A stretch of DNA of 64,000 nucleotides from Dudresnaya verticillata (Eukaryota), in the NCBI GenBank assembly GCA_977862235.1, contig OZ374566.1, positions 620,001-684,000 of the forward strand, in the 5' to 3' direction. The notes below the pieces were generated by a model that worked only from the letters and a program-made list of their open reading frames with translations, did no database searches and had not been told where the DNA came from. The first letter of the stretch is position 1; the number at the start of each line of letters is the position of its first letter. The translations under genes were made by a program, and so were the position numbers. Shown piece by piece: positions 32,739 through 45,500 of this stretch.

Positions 32739-33439
32739 TGTCAGTTCTCTGCGTAAAGTTTTTTGGAGTCCACTTCTGTGAGGTATCGGTGTAATTCACG
32801 AAGCAGGTATGGGTAGCGACTTCCTTTGCCGGCAGAGATTGAAGAGACAAAGATGCATTCCACCGTTGCCCTTTGTCTGCGAAGTGGCACCGCCTTGCAG
32901 AGAGGGCGACTGGCACTGTGCTCACGAGCCTCAAGACTGGTCCTATCTTAGCTGCCTTCCAAGCGAGCTGTGCCTGTGCCATCGACAAGCTTTGTGTATG
33001 GGACATGGTTGTAACCCTCAATGCAACCCTTTGCTCAGCGTGCAACATTCACAAGCTACACTCCCACTCTGTCGCGGTCTATGAGTGTATTGATGGACAC
33101 CAATAGAATTTTTCTTCCGCATCACCCTCACCCTGACAACCGATGACAAGAACTACACCTTCAAACCAAGGCGTGCAAATTACCGAGGATGCGAAAGCGC
33201 AGGTTCTGCGCGCGGGTTAATGCTCCATAAATGTAACTTTTAAACCCGGTTCCAGCTACACCAGACGACAATCAGCGTTCATAGTCCAGGGTTGGATGCA
33301 AATCAGAAGGCTGCGAACACATAAAACATGGAGACCCCTATCCCCATGTCATCAACAAAAACTGCTTTGAAATTCTCTGTAGCGGCGGTGGGCTGCCAGT
33401 CCCATGTTGCATGTTATTAGGAAGTGTGGAGCAAATTTC

Positions 33440-33840
33440 GTTTCGCCAAGATTTAAAAGACTCGTTGCCTCCTTCCTGCCCGTGCAAAGCTCAAACTTCA
33501 AGATTGTGAAACAGTACATGGCACAAGTTCTTCAAAAAGGCTCGTGCAGACAGCGATATGTGCCGTCAACCAAGCTTTTTATGGTTCTTCTGAGTATGAC
33601 TTGGCCTGCCCTTTCGGCATGGACGCTGAAAGAAGCTTGCTCTATCCCATCGCGAAACGCGCAATGTCGTCGAGTGATACATTCGCCGCGTGCTAAGCTC
33701 CCCAAGTCGAATATGAGGACTTAATCTACTCGTTCCATCAAAGTGGCGACGACATCGTCCTTCTCCAAAAGGTGGAAAGACCTCATGTAAAAACTTGTCA
33801 AGTTGACTTTAGCTTGCTTGCTCCCGGGTATCCATATCTT
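33440..33840 (-). pseudogene. Degenerate partial copy of the cryptochrome PHR coding sequence
   Basis: About 33440-33600 matches 29775-29975 and about 33610-33840 matches 30228-30457 (e.g. shared atatgaggacttaatctactcgttccatcaaagtggcgacgacatcgtccttctcc), with indels and an internal deletion. Confidence 0.88.
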
Positions 33841-33860
33841 GTAGCATGCCTACGAGTGCT

Positions 33861-34710
33861 GGAGCTCCGCAGGATTGATGAGCATGCACAAAGAAAACTT
33901 GGACCGGTGTGGTACCCAGTTGGGGGTTGCAGTCCGGGCCGGGCCAGGGTCACCGCAGCTAGTTTGCTGTGGCCCCACGGCAGCATGATGCTACTGAGGG
34001 GCTAATTATTGCCTTTGATTTCCGGACCGCCGGGAACACCGGGGCATTGGCGTTGAGGGGCAGGCCTACAGCAATGCAGTCCTTCGAGGGCGGCTCCGCT
34101 CCCCACATGCGCGACCTCTGCTCTCCGCTCCACTTTGTCACTGCGATGCAAACGGCCGCCCCGCTCAAATTTTATACCATGGCAAGCGCAGAACATAAAG
34201 CCAAGCGCAGCAGCTTTGCGCTATCTACCCGCTATCAATTTTTTCCCAACTATACCGCTCTCCAATAAAACAATTGCAAGAGCAACCCGGTTTCCGAACG
34301 TAGTCGCTCTATCCAACAATTTAGAACGGCAATTTCGCGTGAGAACTCCTCACGCCCGCCGTCCCGCCGCTACAAAGAGTAGTTCGTTAGACCTGCAGCA
34401 AGCGAGCAAAGCATTCTGTCGCCCAACGGGGGCAATCCATCTTTTATTTCGATCTCTACTATAGATCCAATCTATGACTCGCCTTATTAACTGGATCACT
34501 CCATGAGCAAGATGCGTTCCACCAACGCAGCCGCGGAAGGCGCAGATCCGACGACCACTACGACTGTCAGTTCTCTGTGTAATTTCTTTGCGGTCTGCTT
34601 CTGTAAGGTTTGAGTGTAATTCACACGGCAGATATGACAAAACTTCCGGGGAGTTCCGGCTTCCAACGCCGCCCAGAGATCGAAGCAGCACATTCCACCG
34701 TTGCCCTTCG
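33861..34710. repeat. Diverged direct duplicate of the cryptochrome upstream region
   Basis: 33861-34390 aligns with 31521-32067 (gagaactcctcacgcccgccgtc, agccaagcgcagcagc) and 34565-34710 aligns with 32738-32875 (ctgtcagttctctg, cattccaccgttgccctt). Confidence 0.85.
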
Positions 34711-35313
34711 TTAGCACCCAGCCCCCTTTCAAAAAATACCCAAAATTCCGTGTTTCGATATGATCGCAAAGCATACCTGATCTTACAGTAAGTGTTACTT
34801 TCCCTTGCCGCCATTTCGGGTGTCATGAACCCAGTACGCATTTTCTCTCGTTTTTTTCCAAAAAATCCACTCTGCCCGTCGGCCGAGGGCAACCCGCTGA
34901 GCGGGACGCCAAATTTCGTTTCGACGTTTTTCACTTGCAGCATTTGTCCCGACTGCCTCCGACCGCCACTAGCCCAGCCAGCACCGCCTCCGCCACCCCC
35001 GCCCATACCCCCAACCTTTCGCTTGGCTACGCGCAATTAACGACACCCCTTCTTCCCCTGCTTTCCATTGCCTGTCCTTCCTTCCTATCCCTTCCCATTT
35101 CTCCTTCCCTCCGGCCCTCCTCATTATTCCCCAGCATCGCCGCGCCGCTGGTCGGCGCGTGCTTCGCTACCCGGCCCTCACCGTTGCGTTCTCTTTTTTT
35201 CCTCGCTCAACTTGCTCGACAACTTTATCTCCCGTTTCATTTTCCTATCTCGCGCTCTTGCCCTCCCGCTCATCCCGCCTCATTTTTTCCTTCAACCTCC
35301 CGCTCGGTCCGTC

Positions 35314-38300
35314 ATGGCATCCGCCCTGGACTCGCGCCCAGGCCCGTCGACTGAACATGACGCGGCCCTTGAGGTAGAGGAGGCAGAGCTCTCGTCTGAC
35401 ATAGAAATCGACCCGCCTCGTTCTAAATCTCCTGCGCGCTCACCACCGCGAGATGACGATGACTTCGTCCTTGACGACGAGGATGATGACGACGACGACC
35501 AGTCCGTCCCTCCCTCTCCATCCCCAGGTCCAAACCCTGATCCCGCAGCCCCGGGCTCCAAACAGGATCCCACGCATCACGGCTCTGCAGATCCCGAATC
35601 CGATCACCCATCTGCTGCCAGACATCTTTCTGACCCCCGGTCGAAGACGGTCGGTGACGCACCCCACCCCGGAAGCCACAGCTCCAGCAGCAACGAGAGC
35701 GGCAGCTACAGCGAGTCATACTCCTCCCCAGCCGCCTTTTCCTCGGATGACGATGATGCCAAAGATAAGGACCATCTCCCGGAGGATGATGAGGCGTCCG
35801 AAGATGACGAAGATGAAGTTCTTGGCGATGGTCAGACCCGCCTCACCTCTAAGCGCGAATCGAATGATGATGAGGATGGTCCAGCAAATGCCGGCACGGG
35901 GGATAGCGACAGTGATGACCCATCAAACGCCATCCGCCGTAAAAAGGCACGACGCCGTGCTCGCAAGCTTGTTATTCCCGACGATATGGTCGACGACAGC
36001 CAATATTTTCGCCGCTCAAGCCGGCCTCGAACGGCACCTGCCCGCCTTACTCCATCGGCGAGTGATTCCCCATCCAGTCCTAGCGGTCACTCTGGAAGTG
36101 ACTCCGACTTCAATGCTGATGGTGGTAAGTTGTGTCTTTTTGACTTCAAGCGCTAGCATCGTGTAGATGCCTGATGTTGTCATCACCTTCGTCATCTCCA
36201 CTACTGTTTAAGACTAACATTATTCCTATCTGGCCTATTCCTGTTTTCCTTTTCTTCTTTTCCGAAGGACATATGGCTGATGATGATGACGATGACGATG
36301 TTGACATGGAGGACTTAGACGACGAAGACTATTCCACTCGACCGAAGCGCCGCACTCGTGTTTCCCGAGCACGGACTACGATATCGCGGAAACGCGCACA
36401 AGAGAAAGCGGAACCCGAGGAGGAGATCCTCCAGGACGAGTTTTCGGAATCCGGGTCTGATGGAGACTGGCGCGATGAGGGAAAGAAGAAGCCATTTGGT
36501 AGAAGGCGTAGGTCAAGAGGAAAACCTAGCGCGAAGCGAAGACGGGTGTCCCCTGTCGAAGATGATGAGGTAGCTCGTACAGCGCGCATCAATAGTCGAA
36601 CGGGTGATTCCGTCAACTATTTCGAGGGTGACGACGATTCTCTCCTAGACTCTGACGAGCAGAACAGGCCCGGTGGTCGTATGCAAGAGGAGGTGGATGA
36701 AAGCGTCCCTCGAATAGATCGAGTCCTTGATTACCGGCCTACTTCGGATGCACAGCCCGAAGCAGAAGGGACAGCACCACCTCCATTCCAAGATTTCCAT
36801 CGAGAATCCGTTGAGTTCAGGATCAAGTGGGTAAACAAGTGCTTCCGAAGGAGCACCTGGGAGACCTGGGCGACTTTGCAGAATGTCAAGGGGCATAAGC
36901 GCGTCAGAAACTACATCCAGAAGGTGGAGGAAAGACAGGCTTTTTTTCGCAATCCTGCTCGGTTTAAACCTGAAGATGTCGAGGAAACACGTTTGATAAG
37001 GGAAGAACACCGCGCAGTCCTCAGGGAACACGAAGTAATCGCCCGTATTATGGCTCAACGAGAATCCGCTGACGAACCCTCACAGACTGAGTACCTCGTA
37101 GTTTGGAAAAGTCTGGAGTATGCAGACAGTACATGGGAACCCAGATCATCATTGACCTCTGAAGCAGATCTTAAGGCCATTGATGAGTACAGGGATCGGG
37201 AGCAGGGAGCGTTGGGGAATGCAAGCAAGAAGCGGTACAATCCCTTCAACGTCAAGGATGAAAGGCCCCGCTTTAAGAGATTGTTCGAGCAACCCGGGTA
37301 CTTACATGGCGAAGGGCGTACGCTGCGCGACTATCAGCTGGCGGGATTGAACTTCCTAGCGTTTTCGTGGACTAAACGAAACAATGTCATCCTTGCTGAT
37401 GAAATGGGCCTCGGCAAGACTTTGCAAACGATATCTTTCCTAGGATGGCTGATGTACTCCAGAAATGTACTCGGCCCTTTTCTCGTGGTCGTCCCTCTAA
37501 GTACGATTGATGCCTGGATTCGAGAATTTGCGCGATGGTTACCTGATATGAACGTGGTCCGGTACAGCGGCACTGCCGCATCAAGAGTACTTATCCGAGA
37601 ACATGAGTTCCGCGTCACAAATGGAACCTCAGAAAAGTTCCACGTGCTACTCACTACACCTGAGATGGTTATGCTGGATGAGAGCTATCTCGCCGAAATT
37701 CGATGGGCAATGATAGCTGTTGACGAGGCTCACCGGCTGAAGAACGAAACAAGCGCTCTGCACGTTACCCTAGCCAGCCTTCGTTCGGCTAACAGACTGT
37801 TAGTTACTGGGACCCCGTTGCAGAATTCTGTTCGGGAGCTTTGGGCGCTCTTGCACTTCCTAAACCCCGAGGTTTTCCAGAATGCGGACCTTTTCGAAGA
37901 TCAATTTTCTTTCTTGGCTCTTCGTGACCCAGAACGTGTCAGCTCCCTTCACAAGACCTTGCGGCCATATATCATTCGGAGGCAGAAGACTGATGTGGAG
38001 AAGTCACTCCCGAAGAAGACGTATGCGGTGTTACGAGTAGGGATGACTTCGCCGCAACAACAGTACTACCGCTGGCTCTTGACGAAGAATTTTGCAAAGC
38101 TGAATGCGGGAAGCAAAAGCCGAGGACTGGGAACTACCGCCACGTTGCGTAACTTGGTCATGGAACTGAAAAAGTGCTGCAACCATCCGTTCTTGTTCCC
38201 AAACTATGAGGACACGTCCACGCCAACCAGTGTGAGTGAGCTCATTAGAGCCTCCGGTAAGATGATCCTGCTTGACAAACTGTTGCTCCGTTTGAGGGAA

Positions 38301-40562
38301 AAAGGACACCGAGTGTTGATATTTTCCCAAATGGTGCGAATGTTGGATATTCTGCAAGACTACTGTCGGATGCGACAATTCCCATACCAACGTCTCGATG
38401 GACAGGTCACAAATGTTCAAAGACAAAGGGCAGTTGACCACTTCAACGCCCCCGAATCGAATGACTTTTTGTTTTTACTGTCCACGAGAGCGGGCGGCTT
38501 GGGAATCAACTTGGCCACCGCGGATACGGTTATCATCTTTGATTCGGACTGGAACCCTCAAAACGATCTGCAGGCAGAAAGTCGTGCGCATCGAATTGGT
38601 CAGACGAAGGACGTGAAAGTCTTCCGCCTACTGAGCCGCGAAACAGTCGAAGAAGACATTCTCGAGCGCGCAAAGCGAAAGCGTGTGTTGGAGCACTTGG
38701 TCATTCATGGTGTTGAGGGTGGTGGGCCAACAGAAGGAAAGGAGGCACAGGTGGCCTTCAAGAAGGAAGAGCTAAGTGCGATTTTGAGGTTTGGTGCAGA
38801 GAAACTCTTCGAGAAGGACAGTGCGCACGCAGACGCCAATGCGGTGAAGGGGACGATTGGCAATGATGTGAAGGAGAACGGGGTTGCTTCAAATGCACCA
38901 ACAGCCCAGGATGTGGGCGTGCATGAGAAAGACGAGAAGGCTGAAGAACGAAGGGTACTTGAAGTTGATGATATTGACGAACTTCTAGCGCGGGCACCAA
39001 CCGATGAGGCGTCCCAAGTTGGCGAGGCCCAGCCCAGTGTTGGGGATTCTCTTCTCAACGCTTTCAAATGGGCCGACTTCAAGACTGTCGAGGAGGAGGA
39101 AGAAGATAGTAATGAAACCGGGGACAATGAGGAAAGGGCCAAGAATGCTTCCAATCGCCTCATTGCTATTGATAGACAGACCTTGCAAGCGAAGAAAGTT
39201 GAAGAAAAGGAGGTATTGAAGTATTCTAAGGAGGGCGACGCTGAGTTTTGGGACCGGGTGATTCCAGGAGACCTGAAGGAGCAGGCTTTGGTACAGGACG
39301 TTGTACTGGGTACCCGCCGAAGAAAGCGAACGAGGACTTTCAATGCAGACTCCCCGCGAGACGGAAAGCGCAGGAGGATGACACGGACCAGTCGAAATGT
39401 CGTTGGGAAGGTCGCAGATGGGGATGAACTCTCGGCAAAGGAGCAAAGAAGTATCTTGCGTTCCTTGCGAAAGTTTGGGGATCCAAGATTGTCGGGTGTT
39501 ATTATCAAGGATGCGGGTCTGCAAGAGCGTGTCGACGAAGACTTGGTTGGTGCAATGTTGGTGGAGTGCCTTGATACTGCAAAAGTTGTTCTACACGACT
39601 TTGGAAAGGGAAAGCGCAGTTCTCGAAGGAAAAGTGCGGATGCAGACGATGATCCAGAATATGATTCCAGAGAGGAAAGCCGTGCAAACGGAAAGGGAAA
39701 GGCCAGCAGGCCGCTGTTCGATGTGCTTGGTGAGAAGGGGGTTGATGCTGCCGATCTGCTAAAGCGATGCAATGACTTGCAGATGCTTCGAAAACACGTG
39801 CAGTCGTTCGAGCCAGACACACAGTTTCGCTTGCGTCGCGTAATCAAGGCGCCTTCATACAATGTTCGATGGAAGGGTCAGAATGATGCCATGCTCCTGG
39901 TCGGCGTGTGTAGGCATGGTTTTGGCAACTGGTTGCAAATAGCTCAGGACAAGCAACTAAGCCTGAGCGACAAGATGAACGTTGCCGGTAACACGTCTTG
40001 TAAACCTGGTGCGCCGGATACAACCAAGCTGACCCGAAGAGTACAGTCTCTACTGAGGGAGGTCGAGAAGGAGCTGCGTCCTGCCTCTTCGACAAAGAAG
40101 AATCGTGCTCAATCTAAAACAGAGGGAAAGGCGGTTAAGAAAACAAAGGCTCCTGGACCGCAGAAGAAGATTTCGAAGAGTAGACAGAAAGGCGCCTCAA
40201 GGTCTCGAATCGAGCAGGCTAAAGGCTCGTCTAAGAAAGATGGACGTGAGCTAGCCCAGCGGCAGGCGCTAAAGGCGGGGCACTACGAGACGATGAAGGA
40301 ACTTCGCAAGCTATCAAGGGAGGGTGGGGCTATGAACAATCAAATGCGAATTGAATTGACGAAGAATTGCTTGCTACTGCTTGGTGGTGGCATTGGTGAG
40401 CTGGCAAAGAAGAAGTCAAAGCTGGAACGCTCGCTATGGAAGTATGTCCAAGAAGCTTGTGAGACTAATCTAAACGGAGAACGGCTTCGAGATATTTATG
40501 AGAGAATACATGCGCACGAATCCAAGGATGACAAGGAAAACAAAGAGCAGGTTCCAAGCTAA
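35314..40562 (+). CDS. CHD1: CHD1-type chromodomain SNF2 helicase; exons 35314-36124 and 36268-40562
   Basis: Double chromodomain (IKW..TWE; YLVVWKSLEYADSTWEP), ILADEMGLGKT, DEAHRLKN, LKKCCNHPFLF, SDWNPQNDLQAESRAHRIGQ, SANT/SLIDE (DAMLLVGVCRHGFGNW). Intron 36125-36267 (GTAAGT...ACTAAC...AAG). Confidence 0.95.
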
Positions 40563-40819
40563 ATCTACTCTGAATTCGTCGCGAAGGCAAAAGCTATTGA
40601 GCTTCGTAGATTACATGGCGTAGCGATATTTATCAGTCACTCTCAACAAAGATAACAAGACATGCTTACTGTGTTCAATCCGTGAAAAGTCCCAGAGGTG
40701 AAACGGCAGAGCGCCCCACCGATCCTAGTCCATCCCGAGTTAGTTCCGCGCCGCAGCAGAGACTACGCATTTCTTTTTTTCTGCCGCAGTTCATAAGTGT
40801 AAAGCATATCTAGTTCCCC

Positions 40820-41482
40820 CTACCTAGAACGAGGCGAAGTGCCCTTCCGCGAGAAAATGGACACAGTGGCATCAAACATAGCGTAGCCTAGAGTACGGAT
40901 ATTCATGAAAATAGAATAAGAGAACGCAACCTGCACCCATTAGCAACATTTCACCGAAAGCTCAGACTAGAACTGACACCAAGCAGATCCATTCAAATCT
41001 GAAGCAAAAACGCACCTATCGACATGCCGAATGCAGCAGCGGCACCAACAACGAGCGGCTGAAGCACGTATGTCTTCACATTCTTCGACCTATGGCACAG
41101 AAGAAAAAGAGCAAACAAGTTGTCAGAGAATCTCAAGATGTACGGTTGCTCTTCTGCACGGCACAGGCAGTAGTGCGATGACGTACAATGCAGCCACCAT
41201 TTCCGCATAATCCCATTCCTCGTAGTCATCAAACCCATCATCCCCATCAAAAGTCTCCCCATCGGTCTCACTTGCCGCGACGGTGGTGTAGAAGCCACCT
41301 GCAGCGGAACCAGCCGAGCTGCCACCACCCACCATGTCTGTTGAGCGCGATGAAGCAAAAGGTCGGTTTGGAGGCGAAAGCGGGATAGTGCGAGAGGTGC
41401 TCGCAGCTGCGTACGGTGTAGTGCGCGTTCCTTGCGGTGATGCTGAAGTTGGTACGGCCCTCCCAACGCTGGCTGTGGCCAT
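40820..41482 (-). CDS. Small single-TM protein, Mim1-like; exons 41482-41187, 41089-41016, 40887-40820 (145 aa)
   Basis: Phase-consistent introns 41090-41186 (GTACGT..CTGAC..TAG) and 40888-41015 (GTGCGT..CTAAT..TAG) give ...DDYEEWDYAEMVAALSKNVKTYVLQPLVVGAAAAFGMSIGYAMFDATVSIFSRKGTSPRSR*. The gene model is firmer than the functional call. Confidence 0.65.
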
Positions 41483-41864
41483 GGGCAAATAAACGAAGCC
41501 CTGAAACAATCGCCCCAGTGGCAAAAGTCTTCTTTCTCTCTGATCGTGGGAGTTTGCGTTTTTCGCGCCGTTTCTGCTGCACACGCATGGGACATTCGCA
41601 AGCGCCGTGGTCCCACACGAGTGCCTTATCTGTAGTTCAAAAAAAGGTGCCTTATTTGAGTGGCTACTGTTACATATAGATGCTTCCCTTCTCAGAAAAG
41701 AAGAAAAAAAAAAGATCAAAAAGAGGTCTGAAAGACCGAACCCGTTCTAGCTAACTTGCGTGAGACTAGCAACTAGAGCACCTCCTATCTCTCTTCCTCA
41801 CCGTGCTTACGCTTCGTCCGACACTTGCGCCGTCCCTGGAGCCGCCTCTCCTTCAAGCACAAAC

Positions 41865-42336
41865 ATGACGAGCATGGACAAGGTTGAATCATCAGGCAAT
41901 GCACTTGCTGCGAAAATCAACTCCCAGTTCAAGATGTCTGCCCAAGGTAAGTTCTAGATGTACGCGCTTGCACCCGGACGGATGCAGAATAAGTCCAATC
42001 TGTTAGCCCAGAGTCTAATCATGTGGAACCAGCACCGACCCATGCGTGCGGCGGTTTTATTGTAACAACCCCAACCTCTCAATACTAGTTGCCGCAATTG
42101 ACCTCCGGACGGTAGCAGGTATGAATGCATCTGCCAAAACCTTTTATGCGGGCATGCACGAACGAATTGGCTCGCTTGTTCGTGCTGCAGGGCAGGTCGA
42201 GGCCCATGCCACAGATGCAGAGCGTTTCTCTGCCGATATGGCAGTACTTTTGGAGAAAGCGCTTCGGCTCGAAGCCCTTGTTGACAGATTGGACGAGTAC
42301 ACATCTCGGCAAGAAGCAGCTCTGTCAAAGAAGTGA
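41865..42336 (+). CDS. BLOC1S2: BLOC-1 subunit 2 (BLOS2)-like coiled-coil protein; exons 41865-41946 and 42089-42336
   Basis: Intron 41947-42088 (GTAAGT...TAG) is in frame. DLRTVAGMNASAKTFYAGM...LEALVDRLDEYTSRQEA fits the BLOS2 pattern (DxxLLExMN...Y..M...LE...LDxYxxxLE). Confidence 0.65.
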
Positions 42337-42526
42337 TTGCATCTCTGAAAACCGACATGGAGATTATGTACATAGTATTTGCGCTTTAGGCTTTCTACCT
42401 CCGATGTCGGAATTGTTCATTTGTCAGCTTCGCAATGCTACGCTTTCTATCATGCAGTCTCGGCTGATGCAACCACGCGGCGAAAGCTCGATATTAGGGC
42501 ACCGACGACACCGAACCAAAGAAGGG

Positions 42527-45500
42527 CTAAGTTTGCTCTTCTGCCAAACAAGCCTCTAATGTGTTGCGCAACGAATCAATATCCAGGTCTCTTCCAATAA
42601 TGACGAGCTGGTTGCCCGGAGCAACTCCATCAGGCCAATCGTCCTCCTCGAATTGGTACCGCCGACCCGAAAGTTGGAAAACATACCTTCCTCCGAAGCC
42701 GTAAAACCGCAGAAGCCCCTTTGCCCGGAACACACCCTCCGGTAGTTGCTGCAGAAACTTGTCCATAAACAACTCCGGGTCTAATGCAGCATCCGATTTG
42801 AAACTTGTTGTGACAAATCCATCTGCCTCCAGGTGATTGCTATGGTCGTGGGAATGCGATTCGTCCGCGCAGCCTGTGCCGCATTCATGGTTGTGAGAGT
42901 GAGCGTGCTCACTACTGTGATCGTGGTCATGGGCACTGTGGTCCTGATGGTGATCATGATCATGTCCACAATCGTGGCCATGTTCAGACTCGTTGGTGTC
43001 GATCGCATGCGTCTTCTTCACAGGGTTAAGATGAGCGGGAGAGTCAGATACTCTCACGCCAACATCCAGAACCATGCTGATCGGAACCCGACCACGCTGC
43101 GATCTCAATATCCTTGCAGCAGGCCGAATAGATTTGATATACTCGATTGTTCCTTGCACCTTCTGGGGGTCCGCGATGTCTGTCTTCGATAACAAGATGG
43201 TATCTGCTGCCATAATCTGCGAGAGAGCAGCCTCTGAATTCATGTTCGTCTCTGAGTTAAAGTTTTCCGCATCGACAAGAGTCAGAATACCATCAACACG
43301 CACTTTCCCTGCAATGTCCGAAACCATAAGCGAGTTAATCACCGGTACTGGATCTGCAACCCCAGTCGTTTCTACGACAAGATAATCGATTGTATCCCGC
43401 CGCTCAAGAATCGTCGATACCGCATTCACGAACGAATCGTTGATGCTGCAACAGATGCACCCGTTCGCGAGCTCAATCACTTCGTCACCACTATTCCAGT
43501 CACCCTTTTCAACCAGCTGGTTGTCAATGTCTATTTCACCATACTCATTCACCAATACCGCTATCCTGAGCCCATGGTTTGCACTCAGAATGTAATTCAG
43601 CAAAGTAGTCTTCCCGCTCCCCAAGAACCCAGTAACAACTGTGACAGGGAGCCCTGATTTCGGCATTTGCGTTAGGATACCATCGGCAACGTCCCCTTCC
43701 CAAGACGCAATCACTACATCATCCTCATCATACGCTCCATCATCCGCAGGCTGAGGCATTAGTGCTGAATTCGAAGCCGGCTCGTCGTCGTCCACAGGGA
43801 AACCTCGTTCAAATATTTCCAGAGCGCTGATCTTCTCATACTCTTCATCCGGCAATTCCATTGGATCTATCTGCCCTCCGTTCTCTTCCAAAGCACCACG
43901 AGGATCTTCGCTTGTCTCACCTTCACCTGAGGTACTTTCCTCAGACAATAGCTCCTCTGCTGTCCCAGCTTCTCCCTCGAGGACATCCTCAGTCGATGGG
44001 TTAGTAGAGTTCAGTTGCGCCTCAGCTGCAGCTTCAACATCATGTTCGTGAGACGCCTCATCTTCTTCGTCAATAAGGGGAACCCACTCGACAAAGGGGT
44101 CTTCGAAGTTTTCCCACATATTGGTGAACACCATCTCCTCGTCCTGGAGCAAGCAGCCATCCAGAAGCCCCTGTAACCGTTCCTTATCGATTCCCATTCC
44201 GACAAATACAATCTCTGTCTCTCGATCCCCGTACTGAGTGTCCCAGTTCTCCATAATCTTCTCCCGCTCCTCGTCTTGGGGCCAATCCGCCTCCGGTACC
44301 GCAGCCCAGAAGAGCTTACCTAAACTCAGAGTTGCAGCTACACCGGCCTGGTTCCACACGAGAGGAGCGAGCATTCGAGTAGCCAGCCAGATTCGACCCG
44401 TACTCCGAATGACTCCTTGAAACGTTGCCACTGCCTTGATATGTTCGTACAGTCGAGTTGGGTGGAATGGACGACGCGCTCGGAACACAAAAGTAGAGTC
44501 TTTCACAGACTTCGGCAACACTGGCCGTGTTAAACCTTTTCCCGCATTCCTTGATGCAATGAGAACCTTTTTCCAGGTCGCACCTTGCATAACGGATTCG
44601 TGATCGTACGCATTTGTATTAACAAGTTGGTCAACCGGAACAATATCATCTGTAGCCGGAAGAATGCTCGCACTTCCGTTCAGCACAGATAACAAGTTCT
44701 GAACCATCGATAAGCTTTCCGGTTGTACGTCATCTGCACTGCTCGAAACTACGATCACGTTTGCATTCTCCACAAGACTTATAACCGCCATGGGCCGAGT
44801 ATCGGTACTGTCATGCATCGCAGCTGTATCAGCGGTGTCAACCGGAATCTCGGGTGCGTCCATGACATCCTGTTCTGACGAGCTCAGAGGGGCGTTCGCG
44901 GAGAGATCATGCAAGACGGTATCACCATCAAGCACGGACACTAAAGAATCGACACGCAGGGACGCCCCCCCTCTCGAATGCAGCAGGCGGGCCAGGTCCT
45001 GTGGCTCCATGCTGCTACCAGTTGAACCTTCCGCAACGATGTAATCGCAATCCCGCCCAGCCGCGAGCTTGGCGACAACCTCTGCCATCTCCTCCGGTGA
45101 CGAGCAAGAAATCCACCCCTCCAGGTTTTCCACTGGTGTCGGCGCTGCATCGGACACCTCCTGTGGGACCGGGGTAGCAACACCATTCAGCTCTTCGGGC
45201 TTCGGCTCCGGAGCATTCGCATCCTCTCCCAAAACAGTTTCTTCCATCACGACACGACCATCCGGCTCATCAGTCGAAACAATTCCACCGGTGGTAACTA
45301 CGACAACGCGACCAGCATCAGAACGGGCGGCGATCTTCTCGATGACATTGCGACGGAGCCGCGCGTCGCACCCCGAGACGATAGTAACGCCTACGGAGTA
45401 GCTCTTTTGCGGAGCGTCACGGACTTCTCCATCGCTATCCCCAGAGACTGGGCGGGTCTGCACGGCGAGGACGATGACACGCGCCGGGCGGGGCTGAGCC

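Noticed and set aside
32640..32780. Complete or permuted tRNA gene
   Set aside because: Only T-arm-like motifs are present; no D-arm, anticodon arm or matching 5' acceptor strand on either side.
38705..39862. 385-aa antisense ORF within CHD1 (similar ones in SMARCC and PDI)
   Set aside because: Shadow ORFs caused by codon bias; Ser/Phe-rich mirror of charged sense sequence.
7637..40562. Chromatin-remodeller cluster (SMARCC and CHD1)
   Set aside because: They are more than 20 kb apart with unrelated housekeeping genes between them.
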